Source: an uncultured Faecalibacterium sp. (lineage in GTDB: Bacteria > Bacillota > Clostridia > Oscillospirales > Ruminococcaceae). From it: 64,000 nucleotides of DNA. Within the stretch, counting starts at the first letter, position 1. The number at the start of each line of letters is the position of its first letter. The stretch covers positions 112 to 64,111 of the forward strand of contig CAYXQN010000001.1 in NCBI GenBank assembly GCA_964466825.1, read 5' to 3'. The position numbers were made by a program, and so were the translations under genes. Shown piece after piece: positions 57,540-64,000 of this stretch. A model generated the notes under the pieces. The model searched no databases, had not been told where the DNA came from, and saw only the letters and a list, made by a program, of their open reading frames with translations.

Positions 57540-60539
57540 ATGAAAAAACCGTACAAAACAGAAAAGAAAGCCTACAAGCAGGTCAAGCGAAAACTTGTTC
57601 TGCCCTGGAAGCTCACGGCGATCCTGTGCGCCGTTGTCATGATCATTTCGATCCCCCTGACTGTCCTGTTGAGTATGTTCGACAACACGGTGGCTGCTTT
57701 TGTGGGCGGCTCGTTCCACAAGCTGGTCAACGAGGATCCCAATGCCCTCTACTACACCACCGACTTTGGCTCGGTCGAGGAGATGGTCACCACTGGTGAC
57801 CTGCTCTGCCGTCAGGTAGAAGCCGAGGGTGCCGCACTGCTGCTGAACAACGGCGCACTGCCGCTGGCTCAGGGTGCAAAGGTCAGCACCCTGTCCTCCA
57901 GCTCGGTCAATCTGGTCTACGGCGGCACCGGCTCGGGCAACGTAGACGCCTCCAATGCCGACAGCCTGAAGGTCGCACTGGAAAAGTCCGGTCTGGTGGT
58001 CAACCCCACCTTGTGGGACTGGTATCTCTCAGATGAGGGCAAGGTGTATAACCGCAGCGCTTCTTCCGGCGAGAGCGCCATTCTGGCCGGTCAGGCATCC
58101 ATTGCAGAGGTACCGGTGGATGTGTACCCCGCTGCAGTCAAGGACTCCTTTGCGCAGTACGGCGATGCCGTCATCATTACCCTGTCCCGCGTGGGCGGCG
58201 AGGGCTATGACCTGGAGTTTACCGCTTACAACTATCTGGCGCTGAGCGCCGAAGAACAGCAGATGCTGGCATGGGCCTCCGAAATGAAAAAGGCCGGCAC
58301 CATCCAGAGCATCATCGTGCTGATCAACACCTCCAACGCTCTCCAGCTCGATTTCCTGAAGAATAATCCCTATGATGTGGACGCCTGCCTGTGGATCGGC
58401 GGCGTTGGCATCAGCGGCACCAATGCTGTCGCCGACATCCTGGCGGGCAAGGTCAACCCTTCCGGCAGTCTGGTAGATACCTACTGCTACGACAACTTCT
58501 CCTCCCCTGCCATGCAGAACTTTGTGCCGGTGACCTACGCAGGCGACACCAGCACCATCCCCTCCAGCGCCGATACCTACATGGTCTATCAGGAAGGCAT
58601 CTACGTTGGCTATAAGTATTACGAGACCCACTACGAGGACTACGTTATGGGTACCGGCAATGCCGGCAAGTATGCCTATGGCGAGGATGTCGCATATCCC
58701 TTCGGCTTTGGTCTGAGCTATACCGAATTTGTCTACTCCAACATGACCACCCGCTACAACGCTTCTACCGACCAGTATGAGGTCAAGGTGACTGTCACCA
58801 ACACCGGCGATACCGCAGGCAAGGAGACGGTACAGGTGTATGTGCAGTCCCCCTATACCGACTACGACAAGGACAACGGCGTAGAAAAGGCTTCTGTAGC
58901 ACTGTGCGGCTTTGGCAAGACCCAGATCCTGGAGCCGGGTAAGAGCGAGACTCTGACCATTCTGGTGGACAAGCGCGACCTTGCCTCCTATGATACCTAC
59001 GGCGCTGGCACCTACATTCTGGATGCTGGCGACTACTACCTGACCGCTGCCACCGATGCACACAACGCTGTGAACAATGTGCTGGCTGCCAAGGGCTATA
59101 CCCCGGGGAACACCGCCGGCCGGATGGACGGCGAGGGCAATGCAGCGCTGACCTATCACTGGACCGAAAATGCGCTGGATACCAAGACCTATTCCACCTC
59201 TCTGAACGGCACCGAGATCAAGAACCAGCTCTCCAATGCAGATATCAACCTCTATGAGGGCACCAAGCAGACGGTCACCTACCTGTCCCGTTCGGACTGG
59301 GAGGGCACCTGGCCCTCTGAGACCCTTGTGCTGGAACTGACCGAACAGCTCATCGCAGACCTGCAGGATATCCAGTACGACCCCGCCGACTACGAAACCA
59401 TGCTGCTGCCCAAGATGGGCGCCCACAACGGCCTGACCCTGTACAACATGATCGGCAAGGACTATGACGACCCCGATTGGGAAAAACTGCTGGACCAGCT
59501 CACCTTTGATGAGATGGTCACCATGATCGGCGACTCCTTCCACTGGCGTATGCCGGTGGAGTCGGTACAGGCTCCCGGTACCCGTGACGAAAACGGCCCG
59601 CAGGGCCTGACCGCATCCCTGATCGGCTCGGACGCTTCCCAGATGGATGCTACCGCCTTTACCTCTGAGGACGTAATGGCCGCCACCTTCAACACTGAGC
59701 TGATGTATCAGGTCGGCAATATGATCGGCAACAACTGCCTGGCAGCAGATGTCGTCTGTCTGTACGGCCCCGGCGCCAACACCCACCGCACTCCCTACGG
59801 CGGCCGTAACTTTGAGTACTATTCTGAGGACAGTTTCCTCTCCGGCGAGATCGGCGGCGCCGAGGTCCAGGGCATCCAGGACAAGGGCGTGGATGTTGTG
59901 ATGAAACACTTTGCGCTGAACGATTGTGAGCAGGACCGTCTGGGTCAGGCCGCATGGGTCGGCGAGCAGGCCGCCCGCGAGATCTATCTCAAGGCCTTCC
60001 AGAAGCCGCTGGAGGAAGCCGGCGGCAACGGCGTAATGACCGCTTACACCCGCTGGGGCACCATCTGGTCCGGCGGCCACAAGGGCCTGATGACCGGCAT
60101 CATGCGTGAGGAATGGGGCAACAACGGTATGTCCATCACCGACAATATCCTTGTCACCTACTGCAACGGCGCCGACCTTGTAATGGCAGGCGGCGTGACC
60201 ACCGCTGACGCAATGCTGCCCTATGTCACCAACCTGCTGCCCAAGTACAAGAACGATGGTGTGATCGTGAATGCTATGCGTGAGGCCTGCCACCATAACC
60301 TGTATGCATTGGCAAACTCCTCCGGCATGAACGGTGTGGGCGCAAACACTACCATTGAAAAGGTCACTCCGGCGGTCATTACCATCTGCATGATCCTGGC
60401 CTGTGCATCAAGCTTCTTCTTCCTTGTGTTCACCGCTTTGTGGGTCATGGGCAGCCGCAAGCTGCGCAAAACCCCTGAGTACCGCACCTATAAAGACGCC
60501 AAAAACGCTTATAAGCAGGCCAAAAAGGTCAAAGCCTGA
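57540..60539 (+). CDS. Glycoside hydrolase family 3 (beta-glucosidase-like), C-domain/Fn3/N-domain order, TM anchors at both ends
   Basis: EGAALLLN, VNPSG.L.DT, YPFGFGLSYT, ENGPQG, RNFEYYSED, KHFALN and ITD motifs; RBS GAAGGAG. Confidence 0.92.
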   Translation: MKKPYKTEKKAYKQVKRKLVLPWKLTAILCAVVMIISIPLTVLLSMFDNTVAAFVGGSFHKLVNEDPNALYYTTDFGSVEEMVTTGDLLCRQVEAEGAALLLNNGALPLAQGAKVSTLSSSSVNLVYGGTGSGNVDASNADSLKVALEKSGLVVNPTLWDWYLSDEGKVYNRSASSGESAILAGQASIAEVPVDVYPAAVKDSFAQYGDAVIITLSRVGGEGYDLEFTAYNYLALSAEEQQMLAWASEMKKAGTIQSIIVLINTSNALQLDFLKNNPYDVDACLWIGGVGISGTNAVADILAGKVNPSGSLVDTYCYDNFSSPAMQNFVPVTYAGDTSTIPSSADTYMVYQEGIYVGYKYYETHYEDYVMGTGNAGKYAYGEDVAYPFGFGLSYTEFVYSNMTTRYNASTDQYEVKVTVTNTGDTAGKETVQVYVQSPYTDYDKDNGVEKASVALCGFGKTQILEPGKSETLTILVDKRDLASYDTYGAGTYILDAGDYYLTAATDAHNAVNNVLAAKGYTPGNTAGRMDGEGNAALTYHWTENALDTKTYSTSLNGTEIKNQLSNADINLYEGTKQTVTYLSRSDWEGTWPSETLVLELTEQLIADLQDIQYDPADYETMLLPKMGAHNGLTLYNMIGKDYDDPDWEKLLDQLTFDEMVTMIGDSFHWRMPVESVQAPGTRDENGPQGLTASLIGSDASQMDATAFTSEDVMAATFNTELMYQVGNMIGNNCLAADVVCLYGPGANTHRTPYGGRNFEYYSEDSFLSGEIGGAEVQGIQDKGVDVVMKHFALNDCEQDRLGQAAWVGEQAAREIYLKAFQKPLEEAGGNGVMTAYTRWGTIWSGGHKGLMTGIMREEWGNNGMSITDNILVTYCNGADLVMAGGVTTADAMLPYVTNLLPKYKNDGVIVNAMREACHHNLYALANSSGMNGVGANTTIEKVTPAVITICMILACASSFFFLVFTALWVMGSRKLRKTPEYRTYKDAKNAYKQAKKVKA

Positions 60540-60575
60540 GTTCTCTGATCCGCTCCCAGAACCGTAAGTGTTCCT

Positions 60576-60609
60576 ACGCAGGGCCTTTTGAAAAGGCCCT
60601 GCGTTTTTT
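60576..60609 (+). terminator. Intrinsic terminator
   Basis: ACGCAGGGCCTTTT-G-AAAAGGCCCTGCGT-TTTT. Confidence 0.8.
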
Positions 60610-60710
60610 ATCCAAATTCCCCGGAACGGCCTTTTTCCTATATTTTTCCGCCGGGTATGCTATAATAGTTCCATCGTTTATCGCACTCTTTTTTATCGAG
60701 GTACCATACC

Positions 60711-61715
60711 ATGATCATTGCTTACGAAGATCTACTTGCCAAATTCGAACAGATCCTGCTGAGCCGCAAGATCGAGCCGCAGCTGGCACATGCCTGTGCC
60801 GAAAACTTTGCCCAGAGCAGTCTGGATGGCATTTACAGCCACGGGGTCAACCGTTTCCCCCGCCTGATCCACTATCTGGACAAGGGTGTTGTAGACGGCA
60901 ATGCCAAGCCGGAATGTATCGCCTCCCTCGGCGCTCTGGAGCGCTGGGACGGACATCTGGGACTGGGCAATGTCAATGCCCGACTGGCAATGGACCGTGC
61001 CTGCACGCTTGCCCACGAGCACGGTATGGGCGTCGTAGCGATCGGCAACACCAACCACTGGATGCGCGGCGGTGCCTACGGCTGGCAGGCAGCAAACAAC
61101 GGCTGCATTGGCATCTGCTGGACCAACACCACCCCCAATATGCCGGTATGGGGCGGTGTTGAACCAAAGATCGGCAATAACCCCTTCATCATCAGCATCC
61201 CCAAGAGCGATGGGCACCACATCGTGCTGGACTGCTCTATGAGCCAGTTCGCTTACGGCCGGATCGAGATGGCGCGTATGAAGGGCGAAACGCTGCCCGT
61301 GCCCGGCGGCTTTGATGAAAACGGCAAGCCGACCTGCGACCCCGCTGCCATTGAAAAGACCGGTCGTGTACTGCCCATCGGCTACTGGAAGGGCAGCGGG
61401 CTTTCTCTGGTGCTGGACCTGGCCGGTGCTATCCTCTCCGGCGGCAACACCGTTACCGATGTCGGCCGCAAATACACCGATGAAATCGGCTCCACGCAGG
61501 TTATGATCGCGCTCGACCCCACCCACCTGCAGACCGCCGCCCTGACCGATGAGATCATCGACCGCGTGCTGGAGGATATCAAGTCCTCTACTCCCACTGA
61601 ACCCGGCGGCACCATCCGTTACCCCGGTGAGCGGGAACTACAGACCCGGACAGAAAACCTCAAAAACGGTATTCCTGTTCTGGACGAGGTCTGGGCACAG
61701 ATCGAAGCGTTGTAA
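60711..61715 (+). CDS. yiaK: 2,3-diketo-L-gulonate reductase (3-dehydro-L-gulonate 2-dehydrogenase; Ldh_2 family)
   Basis: SHGVNRFPR, NTNHWMRGG.YGWQAA, GNNP and GYWKGSG motifs. Confidence 0.92.
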   Translation: MIIAYEDLLAKFEQILLSRKIEPQLAHACAENFAQSSLDGIYSHGVNRFPRLIHYLDKGVVDGNAKPECIASLGALERWDGHLGLGNVNARLAMDRACTLAHEHGMGVVAIGNTNHWMRGGAYGWQAANNGCIGICWTNTTPNMPVWGGVEPKIGNNPFIISIPKSDGHHIVLDCSMSQFAYGRIEMARMKGETLPVPGGFDENGKPTCDPAAIEKTGRVLPIGYWKGSGLSLVLDLAGAILSGGNTVTDVGRKYTDEIGSTQVMIALDPTHLQTAALTDEIIDRVLEDIKSSTPTEPGGTIRYPGERELQTRTENLKNGIPVLDEVWAQIEAL

Positions 61716-61828
61716 CTGCTCCTGAAAAGCCATTCGCACCGGTTTGCAGTTCCCTTTTGGCACAAGTGTGCAAAACGGTTTCCTCATTTTGTACATCCCC
61801 AGAAAACTCCTCCTTTCTCTGAAGCTGC

Positions 61829-61868
61829 AAAAAGGCTGCCTGCCGGAACTTCCGGCAGGCAGCCTTTT
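61829..61868. terminator. Bidirectional terminator
   Basis: AAAAAGGCTGCCTGCCGGAA-C-TTCCGGCAGGCAGCCTTTT. Confidence 0.85.
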
Positions 61869-61874
61869 CCTTGT

Positions 61875-62309
61875 TTATTCCTCAGTCAACGCAGCAACAT
61901 CCGCCGCATCCACTACACGCAATCCACGCTCGGCCAGTGCCTTTGCCAGCAGCCCCATCCCGGGGATCTTTTTACCGGTAAAACTGCCGTCGTAGATCTC
62001 TTTTACGCCGCAGGTCGGGCTGCGGGACTGTAATACCGCCAGGTCGATCTGTTCCCCTTCCAGCTGTTCCAACGCTTTCGCCACGCCGCTGCGGAACTGT
62101 TCGTCAATGTTGTTTCCGTTCTGATCAAAGGCGACGCCCTCCCGCAGCTCCACACAAGGGCGCGGGCAGCCCAGCTCTGCCAGCATCTCCGGGCAAACAG
62201 CGATGATCTCTTTATCCCGGACAAACTCCATGACCGCCGGGTTTGCATTGTTCTTGCCGTTGTATTTGCAGTTCTCGCCCAACAGGCAGGCGCTGACCAG
62301 TACCTTCAT
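61875..62309 (-). CDS. DUF523 family protein (thiouracil desulfidase TudS/YbbK-like)
   Basis: VSACLLG.NCKY.G, VCPE...LG.PR and SRSPTCG motifs. Confidence 0.88.
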   Translation of the reverse strand: MKVLVSACLLGENCKYNGKNNANPAVMEFVRDKEIIAVCPEMLAELGCPRPCVELREGVAFDQNGNNIDEQFRSGVAKALEQLEGEQIDLAVLQSRSPTCGVKEIYDGSFTGKKIPGMGLLAKALAERGLRVVDAADVAALTEE

Positions 62310-62321
62310 TGTTGCCTCCTG

Positions 62322-63689
62322 TCAACCCTTCTGCGCACCCTTGTCCAGGATCTTATTGAACCGGGTAAAGAAGATGACCGTTGTTACCGTCGCAGCGATC
62401 ACATCGCTGACCGGCTCTGCCAAAAACACGCCAAACACCTTGTTCTCCATCAGCATCGGCAGGATAAAAATGAGCGGGATCAACAGGATGATCTTGCGCA
62501 GGCAGGCCAGCAGCAGGCTGACCTTTGCCTGACCCAGCGCCATAAAGCTCTGCTGGCAGGCGATCTGAAAGCCGATCGCAAAAATGCCCGCCATGTAAAT
62601 GCGCATAGCCCAGGTGGTGTATTCCACCAGACTTGCATCCGAAGTAAAAATACCCGCCACCATGCCGGGGACCAGCATCATAGCCAGCCAGAACAAACAG
62701 GAATAGCCTGCACAGATCGTAAACTGAAAACGGAACGCCTCCTTGACACGGTCTTTTTTACCCGCACCAAAGTTAAAACTCATCACAGGCTGGCCGCCCT
62801 GACAGATGCCGTTCAGCGGCATGGTGCACAGCTGCGAGGCGCTGGTAATGACCGTCATAGCACCCACTGCAAGGTCACCGCCATAACGGGCAAGGCTGGA
62901 GCTGAAACTGATAGATAGAAGACTCTCGGTCGCCAGCATAACAAAGGTAGAAATACCAAGAGACAACACCGGAAGGATCACTGCCTTTTCCAGCTTGAGG
63001 CAGTCGCGGCGCAGGTGCAGAATCGTCTTGTCACCGGTAAGGAACAACAGGATCCAGACAGCACCCACCGCCTGGCTGAGTACCGTCGCAACGGCCGCAC
63101 CCTTGACCCCCATGCCAAAGCCAAAAATCAGGATAGGGTCAAGAATGATGTTGATGACCGCACCGATCACCGTGGTGAGCATACTGATCTTGGCAAAGCC
63201 CTGCGTGGTGATAAAGGGGTTCATGCCCATTACGATCAGCACGAACACTGTGCCCAAAATATAAATGCGGCTGTAATCCAGCGCATAAGGCAAAGTCGTT
63301 TCGCTTGCGCCAAACAACTGCAGCAAGGTCGGCGCCCCCACATAAAACCCGATGGTCAGCACCACCGCAAATATCATCAGCAGTGTAAAACTGTTGGAAA
63401 CGATCTTCTCCGCAAGCGGCTTATCGCCCTGACCCATCGCAATCGCAGTACGGGGTGCGCCGCCTGCGCCCACCAGCATTGCAAATGCGTTCAAAAGCAT
63501 CAGGATCGGAGTAAACAGTCCTACACCCGTCAGCGCTGCTGCTCCGATCCCCTCGATGTGGCCAATGTAAATACGGTCCACGATGTTGTACAGCAGGTTG
63601 ACTACCTGCGCCACGATCGCCGGGATCATCAGCCGAAGCATCAGTTTTTTGACGCTGCCGGCTCCCATGTCCTGTTTTGCCTGTGCCAT
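62322..63689 (-). CDS. MATE family efflux transporter (MepA-like)
   Basis: LYNIVDRIYIG and NIILDPILIF motifs, about 12 TM. Confidence 0.92.
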   Translation of the reverse strand: MAQAKQDMGAGSVKKLMLRLMIPAIVAQVVNLLYNIVDRIYIGHIEGIGAAALTGVGLFTPILMLLNAFAMLVGAGGAPRTAIAMGQGDKPLAEKIVSNSFTLLMIFAVVLTIGFYVGAPTLLQLFGASETTLPYALDYSRIYILGTVFVLIVMGMNPFITTQGFAKISMLTTVIGAVINIILDPILIFGFGMGVKGAAVATVLSQAVGAVWILLFLTGDKTILHLRRDCLKLEKAVILPVLSLGISTFVMLATESLLSISFSSSLARYGGDLAVGAMTVITSASQLCTMPLNGICQGGQPVMSFNFGAGKKDRVKEAFRFQFTICAGYSCLFWLAMMLVPGMVAGIFTSDASLVEYTTWAMRIYMAGIFAIGFQIACQQSFMALGQAKVSLLLACLRKIILLIPLIFILPMLMENKVFGVFLAEPVSDVIAATVTTVIFFTRFNKILDKGAQKG

Positions 63690-63816
63690 AGAAGCCCCCC
63701 TTTAGTTCAAATTTGAATCATCCTCCTCCGTATTATACACGAACCTCCTAAAAAAGTACAGTCCTTTTTGCTACGCTGCTAAAAACACATTCCTGCCTGC
63801 ACACCGCAAAAAACGG

Positions 63817-63845
63817 TTGACGAGAAATCTCTTTTTTGCTATACT
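63817..63845 (+). promoter_or_regulatory. Sigma-A promoter of the tRNA gene (TTGACG-17-TATACT, extended -10)
   Basis: Hexamers at 63817-22 and 63840-45, about 22 nt upstream of the tRNA 5' end. Confidence 0.75.
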
Positions 63846-63867
63846 ATAAAGGCTAAATAGTTCCTGT

Positions 63868-63908
63868 GGAGCATTACTCAAGTGGTCGTAAGAGGTCGCA
63901 CTCGAAAT
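63868..63908 (+). tRNA. 5' half of tRNA-Ser(CGA), interrupted just after the anticodon loop
   Basis: GGAGCAT-TA-CTC-AAGTGGTCGTAA-GAG-G-TCGCA-CTCGAAA-T, then CCTG instead of the expected GCGA; no T-arm GTTC follows within the window. Confidence 0.8.
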
Positions 63909-64000
63909 CCTGCTGGCAATTCGGAAGCAGATTTCCGATTTTTCTAGGATTCAAGCCACTTTTCGGCTCTCGATTCGCAACGATTTTGGGGGATTCTCTC
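63901..64000 (+). mobile_element. Probable att junction/left end of an integrative element inserted in tRNA-Ser
   Basis: Abrupt loss of tRNA similarity at CTCGAAAT|C followed by non-coding sequence; the element body would lie beyond the window. Confidence 0.5.

Noticed and set aside
16621-63689. Four MATE genes as a resistance island
   Set aside because: They are scattered, divergent paralogues with no mobility genes. MATE expansion is ordinary in gut Clostridia.
63868-63960. Complete tRNA-Ser
   Set aside because: The anticodon 3' stem, T-arm and acceptor 3' strand are missing.

Overview
A 64-kb, moderately GC-rich chromosomal segment. Gene content and style suggest a gut Clostridia/Oscillospiraceae bacterium (Faecalibacterium-like; inference). 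Most of it is ordinary metabolism and transport: aminopeptidase P, a COG0523 metallochaperone pair, a GntP/IlvD-Edd/FadR sugar-acid locus, an SmtB-HMA-P1B ATPase metal export operon, four MATE pumps, cstA, panE, CBS-PPase, rpe, a DEAD-box helicase, a PdxR-like regulator with an ECF S-component, a rhamnose operon, a GH3 and esterase pair, and yiaK. No CRISPR array, rRNA, transposase or phage gene is visible. The most unusual items are: (1) an RnfD/E/A-like membrane trio with no RnfC/G/B, in which the FMN-attachment motif and Fe-S cysteines are replaced, followed by a membrane-anchored glycoside-hydrolase-like gene; (2) a Wadjet/MksBEF jetABC operon with no jetD, and an acylphosphatase directly after jetC; (3) a tRNA-Ser(CGA) broken at its anticodon loop at the right edge, probably an integrative-element junction; (4) a structured attenuator-like leader in front of a MATE gene; (5) a DnaA-box cluster inside the metal-export operon; (6) a rhamnose operon with a FucI/AraA-family isomerase instead of RhaA; and (7) candidate anti-Shine-Dalgarno sRNAs, an unannotated 51-aa ORF and two pseudogenes. 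All family assignments come from motif recognition by eye; no database search was run.
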